NCBI GenBank assembly: GCA_009602725.1
Contig: WELB01000027.1
Location: 282,752-329,220 of the forward strand
Origin: Spirogloea muscicola
Lineage: Eukaryota
Reading direction: 5' to 3'
DNA length: 46,469 nucleotides
Part shown: positions 1 to 12,803 of the stretch, in pieces
Numbering within the stretch: the first letter of the stretch is position 1
Layout of the letters: each line of letters begins with the position of its first letter
Program-made: the position numbers and the translations under genes
The notes under the pieces: model-generated
What the model was told of the DNA's origin: nothing
Database searches by the model: none
Seen by the model: the letters and a program-made list of their open reading frames with translations, nothing else

Positions 1-205
1 TAGCTTCCCGGCAGCTAGTCTGTCGGATCTGAGGCTCCTCACTCGTACTTATTGAGTGATCCATCCTCCCCCTGTTTTACCATTGCATCCTCAGGCCCCT
101 TTGTAGCTGCTCACCGCTCTTAGGCCCCTCTGAACCTTTGTGAATTCTTTTTGGGCTGGCTTTTCGCAGCCCTTGCCCCCATTGGGAGTGCCACTTCTTC
201 TACTT
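1..205 (+). mobile_element. 3' end of CRE-like RLE non-LTR retrotransposon
   Basis: ORF tail ASLSDLRLLTRTY* followed by pyrimidine-rich 3' UTR and terminal GGGCTGGC..CAGCCC..CCC/GGG..GCCACTTCTT motif, as in the copies at 33.3 kb and 18.3 kb. Confidence 0.8.
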
Positions 206-380
206 TCACCCCCTCCCCAGTAAAGGAGTGCTCGCCCACAGAGACGAAGGGCTGGCAAGGCCAGCCCAGAAACAATGGATAATGTCTGAAAGCGAAGAAA
301 GAGGTGCTGGAAAAGGACTACACTACCAAACAAGCAAGTAATAAGTAAGCAAGCATTGTCTAGTAAGAGAGACAGGACGC

Positions 381-512
381 AAGCGCGGCCAGATTGACTG
401 GTGGCTGGGAGAGGCCAGCCCAAAAGAATGGACAAGGTCTGAAGAAGCCAGAGTGCCAAGGACCAAGACATCAGCAACGAGACTCTCAGTAACCTCTCGT
501 CAAGAGATGCAG
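381..512 (-). mobile_element. 3' end of CRE-like retrotransposon (subfamily B)
   Basis: Near reverse complement of 1190-1322; includes LLTRGY* and the terminal hairpin motif. Confidence 0.8.
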
Positions 513-877
513 GAGAAAGACGCTCCCATGAGAGGCCAGCCCAGAAAGCCGAATCAACAGACTCTCAGTAAGCTCGTCTGAAGGCGGCGGAAATGGCAAC
601 TCGTGGACAATCAGCGCGGTGCAATGGATATGCTTTTCATTACCGCGCCAGATTGCCGGCGCCGTTGACCCGCCGGCGGCCGGGCTTCACGGCAATCCAC
701 GCGCTGACGCTGACGCGTGGCTAACTCCATCTGCTGGGTTGATCTCCGCTGAATGACACGTGGCCACTGCATTCCAAACTGCTTCTGGTGGGCCCGCTGG
801 TTCAGATTGGGGAGGTAGCAGCAGGCACCCAAATGCCAAGTTTCCATACTTCCCAGTACTAGCCCAAGCCTCAGAGG

Positions 878-1325
878 AAGTACGCAGATCACCCGGTGGG
901 CGACGAGTTTGTCCCACTGGCCGTCAACGTGCACGGAGCCTTTAGCACCAATTGGCTCGACTTGCTTCACCACCTTGCGCGGCGTGCAGCGGCCCGTCGC
1001 CACGGGCAGCAGGGCGAGCAGCCCGGCTTCAATGTCGCCGGGTCCCTGGCTCAAATCTTCCGGATGCGCTTGGCCATCTCTTTGCAGCGGTCCCTTGCCT
1101 TCGTGGTTCACTTGCGCGCAGGCCGCGCTTTGGCGGCGGCCTCCGGTTTCCGACAGGGCGACGTCTTTCCGCAGGCTAGCTATTCAGACCTGCGTCTCTT
1201 GACGCGAGGTTACTGAGAGTCTCGTTGCTGATGTCTTAGTCCTTAGCACTCCCGCTTCTTCGGACCTTGTCCGTTCCTTTGGGCTGGCCTCTCCCAGCCA
1301 CCAGTCAATCTGGCCGCGCTTGCTT
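878..1325 (+). mobile_element. 5'-truncated CRE-like retrotransposon (RLE C-terminus plus 3' UTR, subfamily B)
   Basis: KYADH..DEFVPLAVNVHGA..RMRLAISLQRSLA..DLRLLTRGY* is homologous to the ORF at 33391-34790. Confidence 0.85.
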
Positions 1326-1534
1326 TTCAGAGGAGACGCTCTTCCAACGAGAGCGAGGGTTGTGAAGATAGGTAAGCTCATCTGAGAAAGGAAACAGCTC
1401 GTCCAAAGGGTAGCAATGGCTGTGAGAGGCCAGCCCAAAGGAATGCGAGGGCTGTGAAGGGGACGAGGGCTGTGAAAAGCCAGCCCATATAAGAGCATGA
1501 ACAAGGTTCCATGGCGTAGCAGAAAACGAGATAA

Positions 1535-1980
1535 CGACTACCTTTGCCGCGGCTCTCGTGGTCGACGGCCACGGGGCTTTTGGCAGTCGCTGGCTGGACC
1601 TCCTGCAGCGGCTTGCCCGGCAGGGCATCGATCGGCGGCTGGGTCAGCCAGGGGAGCTGCCCGGCTTCAACGCTGCCAGCTCGCTTGTCCAGGACTTCCG
1701 CATGCTGCTGTCAGACTCTTTCTAGCGCTCCCTGGCTCACACAGTCCACCTGCGAGCAGGCCGCGCTATAGCTGCTGCATCTGGGTCTAGGCGGAGTACC
1801 TCTTTCCCAGCTGCGAGTTATTCCGACTTGCTGCTGCTTACTTGTGGTTTCTAAGCTTGTAGCTGCGGTAGTCTCGTGTCTGGCTGTGTGGTTTTAGGCA
1901 CCTTTTGACTCTTCGGACCTTGTCCATTCTTTTTGTGCTGGATTTTCCCAGCCCGTACCTTCTGTGGGCGAGCACTTTCC
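1535..1980 (+). mobile_element. Decayed CRE-like retrotransposon 3' fragment
   Basis: Frameshifted similarity to the RLE tail (YLPRL..DGHGA..VHLRAGRA..SYSDL) and terminal motif ending gggcgagcactttc. Confidence 0.6.
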
Positions 1981-3041
1981 CTAAGGTGGGTTCCTCCAGG
2001 GTGGGTTCTCTATTGAATGTTTTCCCAGGCTTCACGAGCGTAACAGCAATTTCCCATGGTTAGCGGCAACAGCTTGCTGTACTGCAGCAACTGAGACGAT
2101 AGCAACTTGCCCTGCCTCTATTTGTCGGCCATGGAGCAGTTGTTGACGTGCTATGTCAAGGGGCCTGTCGTGCTACATGGTGTCGGTTGCTAGTTAACGT
2201 CGTTAGGAGAGATGTGTGAGAAATGCAGGTGACAACATTGAATCTGCGTGACCGGCAACGCCAAACATTGTGAAAGGAAATTAGAAAACGAGAAATTTGC
2301 AAATTGCTAAGCTGAAAACAAAATAGATAGTGTAATGTCAGAATGAGAAGGTCACTGGAGCTTGTGATGGATGATTTCCAGTTTATTGAGCTAGAGGTGC
2401 TGTGTTTGCGAATTCTGGTGTACAGTATTTGATAGGTGACGTGTCTCAGTTGTCCGCGTGTTGTGCCACCTCACATGTCTTGTCAGACCGACATGAATAA
2501 GCCACCGACGGGATAGTTCATGACAGGCCACCCAATCTACGCGACAGACCTCTTCTTTCACATCCTAGACAGTTGTCTCGATTGGAGTGCTTGCACGAGG
2601 TGATACTCTAACAGACTGTATGGAAATTTAGAGTACACCATTGCTGGCAAGCAACTTCAGGTTTTCATAGTTGTATTACTGATTCTGCTCGTCTCTTACT
2701 GTGCCAGTAATGCTTTGCATGTATGACCTCATACCTAGTAAAGGCCAGTACCAGTAGACCCTTCACCTGTACAGCTTTATGCTACTGGCATAGCTGCTTT
2801 GCAGCTATTGGAGCATGCTGACACAGTGCTGCCAGCAGAACATGGACGTTCATGCCTGAAGAGCATTCCTCCTCTTGGCAATACTACGCCACAAAAACAA
2901 AGGGTTCCACAAACCCTTTCAACAATGCACAAAAGAGTGAAGTAAATCTGTTACTCAACTAACCACTTGGCTCCCTCACTTCAAGAAACTGGGAGGTGAA
3001 TATACATGGAGTCACAAGATAGGGTCTTTCTAACTATCACA

Positions 3042-6000
3042 CTACTCATGCTGGAAGGGGGCTGAAGGATGATGGAAGTCTATACTGTCGTATCTGGCCA
3101 GACCGTCGTGTTTGGACAGGCTGTCTGCAGAGTGGAGGCTCAGAAGCTTGGGCCGTGCAGTGAGGATCAGCGCAAGGTACTCTGGATTTCTCTGCAGAAA
3201 CTCGCTGAAATCTGTCCAGCTTATGGAGCCATTCTTGTCCAGGTCCAGAGCATCATAAATATTGCGGACCTGCGAGAACTCCTCTGACTAATTCAGGGCT
3301 CACGACAACACTATGACCTTCTTCAATGCTCGCCTGCCAGCCGCAACACCCAGAATCGGTAAATTGGTATTGCTGTACTATCATAGCTACTCAATTCTAC
3401 AAGAGACGCACCTGTGAGTCTTGGATGGAAGGAAACAAGATCCGCAAGGAGGCCTCGGCCTCTGCGTGACTTAGGACGCCATCATTGTCAGCATCACAGA
3501 GGCAGAATGCTGCTTCGATGGACTCCTTGAACTTGGTATGCTTAGAAATGAAAGCCAGCCCTGCCACAAACTGTCACACAGAGGAGCACAAAGAACCCAA
3601 ATCAGGTGAAGGCATAGCTGGCAGGATCTTTCCTCTGCAACGTGACAGTCAAATGTCCAAGCTCTGGCAGGACAAGCTTTGCAACAACGAGCTTTTAGCA
3701 CATCTGCCAAGAAAATGTTGGCAGGAGCAGCAGGGCTTGTGAGGCGAAGCAGACCTCGCGGAAGTTGATGTATCCTTTCTCTGATGAGTCAAATAAGTAG
3801 AAGGCCTTCCTGGTTGCAGGAGTGTCAGGTACCTCCAGGGCTTTCAGAAACTCGTCAAGTGTGAGCTGACCGCTGTGATGGTAGCCAACATCATGATTGC
3901 AAGGGTGAATCAGGTGAAGAGAGCAGATCAGTTTGTGTGTCTCTCAAATACTTGCATGTGAAGGTCACACATGAAACAAAGTGTTCTCCAATGCTTGGAG
4001 GGGAGGGCACAGGGCCAGGTACGCTGTACTGGATGTGGTGGTACTTATCTGTGTGTAACACTTGATTACATCACTTGCTCCTTATTACAGAGAAGGGGAA
4101 GTATGCATGAGCATAGTCATTCTCACGCGCTTACCTTCGAGTAACATCCATGGCATTGAACTTCTTGAGATAATATTTGGCTTCCTTGACATCAAGGTGG
4201 AACAACCGCTCCATCCTTCCAAACTCGACATTGGCAACACCCCGAGGGACCCGCATCTTCTCTGCCTCCAGAGCAAGCGCCACGTCGCCATAGGTATGTT
4301 CAGTCACATTGACGTTCAAAGCCCTCGCCATGCTCGACCTGCATCTGTCCGCGAAGAAGTGAGGATCGTGACGATCCCGCTTGCTGGGCACCATTACTGG
4401 AAGATACTCAACCTGCGAGTGCACCGGAATCAACAGGATCTCGATGAGAGATTCAAAGTACAAAGCAACAAGCCTTGATCAACTTTGAAGTACTTGTCCT
4501 GCAGCATGTAGTCGGGTCAGAGGAAAGGCTGAACAAAGTCTAATTAAGGAATGCGCAAAACCGAGGGCCCATACTTTATCAGAAGTACAAAGCATATCCA
4601 AGAAACCATTTTCAGCGGCCCAAGTGAGGACCAACATACCACCATCATGTTGTAGAATTGCGTCATGAGCTTGAAGAGGAGAAGGTGGATGGGGGGGCCT
4701 TCCACGACCCAAGATGGGTCGCATCGATCATGAGGGTATTTGATTACAATCGGCTGTATAGGCAGTCCTGGAGCGAATGCACCAGTCTGTGGAGACAAAC
4801 GACAATGAGAAAAGCTCCTGCAACTAATGATGAATCCAGTGCTCCCCAACATTGCAAAAAGCATATGCAACATGGACTTAGCAAGGAGGAAGAACAGCAA
4901 CTGCAGAATTGCGCATGACACATCAGTCTGCTTCTTTGCCATGGCCGCTGTTAGGGAAAAGCCGCACCTTGAAGGAGACGAGCGACCGACCGTTGGTGGT
5001 GGTGGCTTCTGGGAAGAGCATGACGTTGGCCCAGTCATTGCACATGGCACGTCGCTTGATCTCGCCGGCTGCATCCTTCCTGGAGCTCGGTGAACTGCGA
5101 TCTACTGCGATGATCTGTTTAGAAATCCAATAAGCAGATATGAAGAGCAATCTGGGTCAGAAAGTTTTGAGCCTGGCGTTGATTGCTGATTGCGCATCCT
5201 GCTGAGCAGCGAAACTCAACCGTGCTGAATTACAGTCTCTCGGTACACAAACAGCAAGCTGTCATGCTGAAGCGAGAAGAAACCCACATTGTGGTCGACC
5301 AGCCAAATGCAGCGCAGGTCAACTTCGACCGCACAGAGGCACGGACCTGCAGCGCATGCATGATGGCGCCAGCTATGGGGATCTCCAGGTTCTCCTTGGC
5401 CGTCACTATCACCGGCAGGTGCGCGAAGAAGACAAAGACCGGGTCCACAAAGGTCACGTGGTTGCTGCAATGGCAAAGGGAGGATGCCCACGCATGAGAA
5501 CGTCCATCCAGCCATCTCAACTGGTTGAGGAAGTCACGCTAGCAGCATTTGCATGAGGAACTGCTGACCGCCGCCGTCTCCGCCAACGTCTCTCGGAGGC
5601 TCCACGAGGCAGCCGGCCGCCTCACCTGACCAGGATGGGCGCGGTGTCGCGGGCCGCGGGCTTGCCCTTGACGCGGATCCAGTGGTAGCCGCAGGCGAAG
5701 AGCAGGCCGCGGGCGCAGAGGCGGACGGGCCAGAGGGAGGCGCGGCGCCACGGCGAGAAGGGCCGCGTGAGCGTGTCGCGCGCGCCCACCAGCGCCACTT
5801 TGGTGGACAGGTAGCCCAGTAAAAGCATGAGGAGTAACAGGAGGACGCGGATGAGGAAGAGCGGGAGCACGACGGCGGTGCGCAGGACCTCGTAGACGCC
5901 GGTGATGCTGTAGCTGTTGTTCTGGAACGGGTTGAAGGGCATGTCGGGGCCCAGCACCGGCGGCCGCCCCAGCGGGAACTCCCCCTCGCCCTCCGCCGCC

Positions 6001-6102
6001 GCCGCCGCCGCCGCCTCGTGGGCCGGCGGCGCCATTGCCACCACCTCCACCTCATTCGTCGCCACCTCCTTCGCCACCGCTGCCACCACCGCCGCCTGAG
6101 CC
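3042..6102 (-). CDS. LPEAT2: Lysophospholipid acyltransferase, LPEAT2/LPCAT type, with C-terminal EF-hands; 8 exons (<6102-5626, 5464-5347, 5114-4968, 4786-4640, 4412-4135, 3872-3755, 3570-3412, 3269-3042)
   Basis: SNHVTFVD (HxxxxD) and FPEATTTNG acyltransferase motifs; EF-hand loops DADNDGVLSHAE and DLDKNGSISWTD; all introns GT-AG and phase-consistent; frame is open into the gap, with a candidate ATG at 6035. Confidence 0.9.
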
Positions 6103-6631
6103 NNNNNNNNNNNNNNNNNNNNNNNNNNNNNNNNNNNNNNNNNNNNNNNNNNNNNNNNNNNNNNNNNNNNNNNNNNNNNNNNNNNNNNNNNNNNNNNNNN
6201 NNNNNNNNNNNNNNNNNNNNNNNNNNNNNNNNNNNNNNNNNNNNNNNNNNNNNNNNNNNNNNNNNNNNNNNNNNNNNNNNNNNNNNNNNNNNNNNNNNNN
6301 NNNNNNNNNNNNNNNNNNNNNNNNNNNNNNNNNNNNNNNNNNNNNNNNNNNNNNNNNNNNNNNNNNNNNNNNNNNNNNNNNNNNNNNNNNNNNNNNNNNN
6401 NNNNNNNNNNNNNNNNNNNNNNNNNNNNNNNNNNNNNNNNNNNNNNNNNNNNNNNNNNNNNNNNNNNNNNNNNNNNNNNNNNNNNNNNNNNNNNNNNNNN
6501 NNNNNNNNNNNNNNNNNNNNNNNNNNNNNNNNNNNNNNNNNNNNNNNNNNNNNNNNNNNNNNNNNNNNNNNNNNNNNNNNNNNNNNNNNNNNNNNNNNNN
6601 NNNNNNNNNNNNNNNNNNNNNNNNNNNNNNN
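6103..6631. other. Assembly gap
   Basis: Run of N. Confidence 1.
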
Positions 6632-6645
6632 AGAAGGCGTGGCAC

Positions 6646-6825
6646 CTGGTAGGAGGTGATGAGGGAGAGCAGCGTGATGGTCTTGCCGGTGCCCGTCGGC
6701 ATCTCCAGCAGGCAGTGCCCGCGGGCGTCCAGCGCGCGCTTGAGCTCCAGCATGTATGCGTGCTGCTCCGGGTAGATGAACTCGTACGGGAAGTACACCG
6801 TCAGCCCCTCCAGCTTGAACTTCAT
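6646..6825 (-). CDS. XPD: TFIIH helicase XPD/Rad3, first exon only
   Basis: [60 protein letters not shown] (Q motif, Walker A) followed by GT donor at 6645. Confidence 0.9.
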
Positions 6826-6827
6826 CG

Positions 6828-6829
6828 CG

Positions 6830-6866
<37 letters not shown>
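6828..6866. repeat. (GCC)n microsatellite; similar tracts at ~5993-6015 and ~12853-12876
   Basis: Read directly from the sequence. Confidence 0.9.
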
Positions 6867-7390
6867 GGCGCTTGCTTGCGGCTGCTGCACCGCGGCAGGC
6901 AGCTCGCGCCGCTTCGCAGGCGGTGCCGTGGCGCCTCTCTGCGCTGCGGCTCCAATCGTGCCCTGCGGCAGGTCGCAGGCGGGCTGGCCTTCGTCCCGCC
7001 CTCGCAGAGGCTGCGGAGGCGGACCAGCGGCCGGCCTGAGCACCGCAGCCGAGCGGGAAATTCCGACGACAGCAACTCTGAACTCAAAGGCCCTACGGTG
7101 ACGGGAGATTGGTGCAGCAATTGCTCCTCCACACTACCCGGAAGGTAACCAAGACAGTTCGACGATGGGCTTGCTCTGAGACGGAGCGACCTCATCAAGG
7201 TGTAGAGCCTCTGTAGCTTCAAAGAAGCGTCACGTCCAAGCGGCCCTCGACTATGTCTGTATCTGCTGTGGGGTCCCGTATCAGAGAGGACGCAAGGCCG
7301 CCTGAGCTGTGTTGGCTGCTCCTAAGAGGCTTCATAACTGGGCTTGGAGCCCACCGGGCATGTGGGCTTCTTTGGCAGACCTCTTCTCCA

Positions 7391-10162
7391 ATGGACGCAA
7401 TACGAAAGCAGGCAAGGAAGCTCTCTGAACAGGTGGCGAAGCAGCAGCAGGTGGGCTTTCGGTATGGGCACTCTTGGTCAACGTTGACGACGGCTTTGCA
7501 TGTCTACGTCCCGACACTCTTGCGCATCTTTGAGACCGTCACTTGGGTTAGGCAGTGATCTGAGTTACCTTCACTGCCAAGGTCGTGTCAAGACTGTCAT
7601 GATACGAACTGGTCAGGTTGAGGTCACCCTCGCCCAGACCTGCAGTCTCTGATGCACGATACAGATGCACATGCTTTTTCCTGACCCCATTGATTAAGAC
7701 GTAGTCATGAGCAGTATATTGTTCAATTGGAGGTGCAATGCAGAGACTGGGTACTGACGCTACTATCTTGTCTGTGGTGCACAGGCAGTACTCAAGCAGT
7801 TCGGAGGCTCACAAGCACCTCAGCATAGTGAGACCATAATCACCGATGAAGCTGAGCTTCAAAGGCACCAGCAACTAGAGCGGCTATATACGACCACAAA
7901 AGCTGGAAAAGTAAGAAGGTGGCGCCAAGGACTGTGAACTTGCTGTAGTGTCATGTCATTGGGACTGGAGAGTGTCCCTCAATGGCACTCAATCAATCTT
8001 TAGTACTCTACATAATGTCCCTTTAAGAATCTGACATTTCCTGCCAAGAATACTCAAATTGCATCTGTCAGCCATATCACTTGGCTATCAAGGGACTGGC
8101 CAAGATCGGATTTCGGAATACAGCTTCTAGTTATCATCAAGAATGAGGGACTGGAAAACAGTTAGCCCTGTCAAGCATGCCGAGTACAGATGGTGGGCAA
8201 TCGCCTCACTTCAAGGTTGTGTCTGTACAGGGTTATCAGCGGGAGATTGTCAAGGGAGTGGAAGGTCTGGTTGCAACGGGTATTAAGCAGGTTGAGGTTG
8301 GTAAGCTTGTGACCAACTTCCACTCAATCTCAATGACTTAGTTAAAAGTAGATGTTCTTCCTGTGACTCATGGTATCATGTTTGCTTAGTGCTCAATCCT
8401 CGGCAATGCTTGAAGTAAGCATGGTATAATAAATAGCTTTCCTTGTTTGTCTTTGTCTTGAGCAGTAACCAAGTTAGCAGAGGATTGCCGCAAGTATGGC
8501 ACAGAAGGGCCAGGCATGGGAGGAGCTCTTGGAAGGGCGTCAGTGCACTACAGCAACGCCGAGACTGCTGTCGAGAAGGAGCGAGAAGCCTTTCACCGAG
8601 CTATTACAACCCAGGTGGGTTTTCAGATACAGACCAACAGTCCCCATTGTCACGAAGACAATGCTTGTCGCATGCATCCAATCTGGTTGGAGACTCTCGG
8701 CCAGTCTGCATGGGCAAAAACTTCTGGCGGCGGATCAAGCATTGGTGACGGTACTGTCCTCCGGCCTGGCAGGTGGCTGAGCCCTTGAAGGCAATGATAA
8801 TGGGAGCTCCGCTGGAAGATGCCCGACACTTGACACAGCGGTATGACAGGCTGCGACAAGAAGCGGAAGCTCAGGTGCACCTCTTGTCCTCCTGATGCAG
8901 CTTCTCAAGCACAAGGTGCTGTCTGCTTGGGTTGGGTGATTTCATTTTACACTTAAGACCCTACCAATCAGGTCCCAGCTTCAGCTTCTTCCGTCATTAC
9001 AAGGAGGTAGTCAACACCAGTAATCCTTTACACTGAGTAGGGTTTCACGATTCCCCTTAAGCTCCACAGGTTGCAGAAGTGGAGAACCGCAAGACCCGAA
9101 CGAGGGACCCAAAAAGTGGACCTGAAAACACGGTGAAGCTCCAGATAGCAGAGCAGAAGATGGCGGAGCTGTCCTCGGCAATGGCTGTCCTGGGCAAGGA
9201 GGCTGCGTCTGCCATGACAGCAGTTGAGGCGCAGCAGCAGCGTCTCACGCTACAGCGGCTGATTGCGCTTGTGGAGGCCGAGAGGGCATTCCATGCTCAG
9301 GCTGCTGAGATCTTGGACCAGCTTCATGCAGAGGTGATACCTCAAGCCTGACCTGTGCTCTCCTCACTACTTGCATGTATTGTGCATGTGGTCCTGACCT
9401 TATCTCTTCTGTGCTAGACATCAATGATGGGCTATTTGCTGGGTCTTGCGTGCAGATGGTGTCTGAGAGGCAGCGGAGCGAGTCCCTGCCTCCACAGCAA
9501 GGGGTCTTTGACAGCATGCCGCCACCTTCATATGAAGACGTGAAGTCAAATGGCAATCGCTTCATGGCTGCACAGAAGGCCATGTTCTTCCTCGCTGAGG
9601 TCCGAGCAACCTTTGCCTCCTGTTTACTCTGTGAACTGGCTTGCTACTATGACTGTGGGCACCTTCGATTCACAGTATCGTACTCTTTGTGATGGTGAGG
9701 TGCTGAGGTGTGGCAGGTCATGCATTCTTTCGAGGCTGAGTCAGAAGGGGAGCTGAGCTTGACAGCGGGCGACTACGTTGTCGTCCGCCAGGTTAATGCC
9801 AAAGTCCAAGCTTGACTTAGCATCTCTTGCTACTTATTGATCGCTTTCACCTGCTCTAGCATCCTCCGTTGTACATGAAACATAAGGGTGGTCCGTTTGC
9901 ATAGGGACTTTCAGCAACACAATGATCTCGGCTTTGTGTATTTGCTCGAAAACTGCTCTTCACAGCCATGAGCTTGGCTGGCTCGTGCAGTCAATGCGAA
10001 GCTGAGACCTGATCTTTTTGAAACATCACAACACCGCAGGTGTCGCCCACTGGCTGGTCAGAGGGCGAGTGCAAAGGCAAGGCTGGGTGGTTTCCTTCTG
10101 CATATGTGGAGCAGCGCCAGCGCATGCCTGCCAATAAGATCCTGGATGCTGGGAACATCTAG
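7391..10162 (+). CDS. SH3P2: BAR + SH3 domain protein, plant SH3P2/3 type; 9 exons (7391-7450, 7785-7910, 8231-8300, 8466-8614, 8773-8874, 9070-9333, 9456-9599, 9717-9791, 10040-10162)
   Basis: MDAIRKQARKLSEQVAKQQQAVLKQF, GAPLEDARHLTQRYDRLRQEAEAQ, QQQRLTLQRL; SH3 motifs ELSLTAGDYVVVRQ and GWSEGECKGKAGWFP; GT-AG introns in phase. Confidence 0.93.
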
Positions 10163-10557
10163 ATAGCCAACAGTCTGATTGGCAACAATCACTGGTAATC
10201 TGTAACTATGTCATTGCCTCTGCCAGCACCTTCGCTGGCGCTGCAGCTAATTGCTTGAACAAAAGGTGAACGGGTTGGTTCAGCGCATCTCAATTCAGCT
10301 CAGCTTGAGCTGCCGAAATGTCAGCTGTGACAAAGCTGTGCATCTTGCATATACGTGCAAGTGCTCAGAAGCTCTGCACGTCTGGCAGCAGTCATCCAAC
10401 AGGGCCCAGGTTACAGGTAATATTCGCTAGTTGGGCCAGGAAGAGGTGCCAAGGGTTCTCACTACCGAGACAGGTAGGCAGGCGGAAAACGAGCACCGAT
10501 CAACCGTGCTGCTGATAGCGAGTCAACTGTCTCACAGCGTAACTGCCCCCTTAGGTG

Positions 10558-12147
10558 TCAAAAGTGGAGCAAGCGGAGAAAGAGGGATGGGCCAGCCATG
10601 CGGACGCGCATGTCAGCTATGTCCACATCGTGCCCGCCTTCGACGAAGCCCCACTCCTCCACCTGCCACCCCACATTTCCGACATGTCTTGGTCGTCAGC
10701 CTTCACCATCAGAGAGTGGCACTTGCTCCAGTGCAACTGGCGGGACAGCCAATATCAGCTGTTCGACCCCAAGCACTGGACAACAAAACTGGACATACTG
10801 AGCTACAGTAATGTGAAATTGCACAATCCAAGGAGCCAAGTCCGAGCTTGGAGATGTTCATGAGAACTCAAGCTCAACCCTGCACACTGCAGGAAGATAG
10901 AGTGCTCATGCAACGAGCATGCTGGTGCTGACTAGGGCACCTGGAAGTCCTCGTCAAGCCTCGCTGCAGAGATGGCAGCTGCGATGTCAAGGTGACCCTC
11001 GACGACGGCGAGTGCAATCACCAACGACCGCGCAGAGCCTGCCAGCAAGTCAACGCTCGCGAGCTGCCAGTCGTCCAGGCTGTCAAGGTACGCCCTCATC
11101 GCCGTCACCACGTTGTCAGGCTGGCTGGGCCCCATGATATCTGCTGAATGTGATGGCTTGGCGCCGATGTGGGCGCCCACCTTATCAAGGATAGGATTCC
11201 ACACTTCTGCCTGCTTGTCTGCAATACATCGGCACATCTGACACCTCTGAGAAATTTGAGTGTGGCAGCCCGTTGACACCAGGCAGTTCTGAAGCTCGGA
11301 AGGGACATCAGACTCGATACAAGATTCAAGTTCCAGTTTGAGACTGTCAAGGTTCGCGAAGTACTCGTCTTGTGCAGCAGTTCCTCTATGAAATATGAGA
11401 GGAAATAAGGACCTGCCAGGGAGGAGGGTTCGGGAGCTCGCACACACAGTGAGTCGGTGTGGAAGTACTTGAGCAGCGTAACTATCACCCGCTCGCGGTC
11501 TGTAGCAATCTGGTCGATCGCCGTGGCGGCAAGCTTCATAAGGGGCATCGTGAATGGTCGCACCGACTTGGAGTCCTGGACCCAGATAAGAATGGCGGGA
11601 GCGTCAGGAGGAGTCGGCGTCGGCGACAACCGAGGACGCCTGATGCAGCTGGAGCGCCTGGCGCAGCACTTCATTGTGCCTCAACTTTCGCGCTGGGCTA
11701 CGTGGGTGCTCGTTGGGCAGCCCAGCCATGGCCGCTACAAGCTCCGCTGCGCTGCCGACTTCTCCATCCTGCTCTGCAGACTGTGGTTCAAGTCACAACC
11801 ACTGGCCGCACTCGGCGCCTGCACCCTGCGAGCTGCGAGCTGAGATGTGCTCCTGGCAGCCTCTCGGCGGCTGTCAAGCAGGCCCGGCTACGGAGGGGTC
11901 TGGTCGGATGCAGCGGCCCTGGTGAGCGCCAGCCGCGATGTAATGAAACGAATGAGAGGGATAGCGACCAAAGGCGGCCGCGGCTTCGCACCTGCCACTC
12001 CCACTCGGCAGCGATGGCCATGGCCAGCGCGCACGACGGCACCACCAGCGGCCGCCGCGCCGGCGTCTGCAGCTCGCGCCCGTCCAGTAGCACCGCGTAC
12101 CCGCCGCCGCCGCCACCGCCGGAGCCGGCGGGCGCGGCGTGGGCCCG
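10558..12147 (-). CDS. ATPAF2: Mitochondrial F1-ATPase assembly factor ATP12/ATPAF2, 5' end missing; exons <12147-11992, 11575-11413, 11218-10941, 10662-10558
   Basis: YAVLLDGRELQTP..AIAAEWEWQ, RPFTMPLMKLAATA, ARLDEDFQVEEWGFVEGGHDVD; frame runs into the single N at 12148. Confidence 0.9.
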
Positions 12148-12149
12148 NC

Positions 12150-12475
12150 TGAAAGAGAGAAGCGCGGCCAGTTTGACTGGTGGCTGGGAAAGGCCAGCCC
12201 AAAGGAATGGACAAGGTCTGAAGGAGCCGGAGTGCGAACGACTAGGACTAAGACATTAGCCAAGGAACGCTCAGTAACCTATAGTCAGGAGATGCAAGTC
12301 TGAGTAGCTAGCCGGCGGAAAGATGTCGCTCTGACGGAAGCCGGAGGCCGCCGCCAAAGCCAAAGCGGCGGCCTCCGGCTTCTTAGTCCTAGTCCTTCGC
12401 ACTCCGGCTCCTTCAGACCTTGTCCATTCCTTTGGGCTGGCCTTTCCCAGCCACCAGTCAATGTGGCCGCGCTTT
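12150..12475. mobile_element. Head-to-head pair of subfamily-B retrotransposon 3' ends (~95-bp inverted arms 12160-12253 / 12382-12474)
   Basis: Direct reverse-complement match; left copy retains ORF tail DLHLLTIGY*. Confidence 0.8.
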
Positions 12476-12803
12476 CTGATTCATGTAGCCCCACATTTTT
12501 GCACTAATTTTGCCGGAACAGTGTTGGCTAGGATTGGCCACCCTTTCATTTCGTGCGCACCGCGCGCCTTATCTCTCTTTCACGGCCATTGTCCCCTTGC
12601 TGCGAGTTACTCGACTTGCTGCTGCTCACTCGTGGTCACTAAGCTTCCATCTGCCGTAGGCTCGTGTCTAGCTGCGTCGTTTTAGGCACATTTTTGGCTC
12701 TTTGGACCATGTCCTCTCCTTTTGGGCGGGCCTTTCCCAGTCAATCTGGCCGCGCTTTCGTTTCACAGCCCCTACCTTCTGTGGGCGAGCACTTCCTCGG
12801 CAG

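Noticed and set aside
150..2000. Repeated hairpin motif as a CRISPR array or self-cleaving ribozyme
   Set aside because: Irregular spacing, both orientations, eukaryotic context, no cas genes; no hammerhead or HDV catalytic core found by eye
5534..7222. Long ORFs spanning N gaps (also 17445-18346)
   Set aside because: Artefacts of translating N runs
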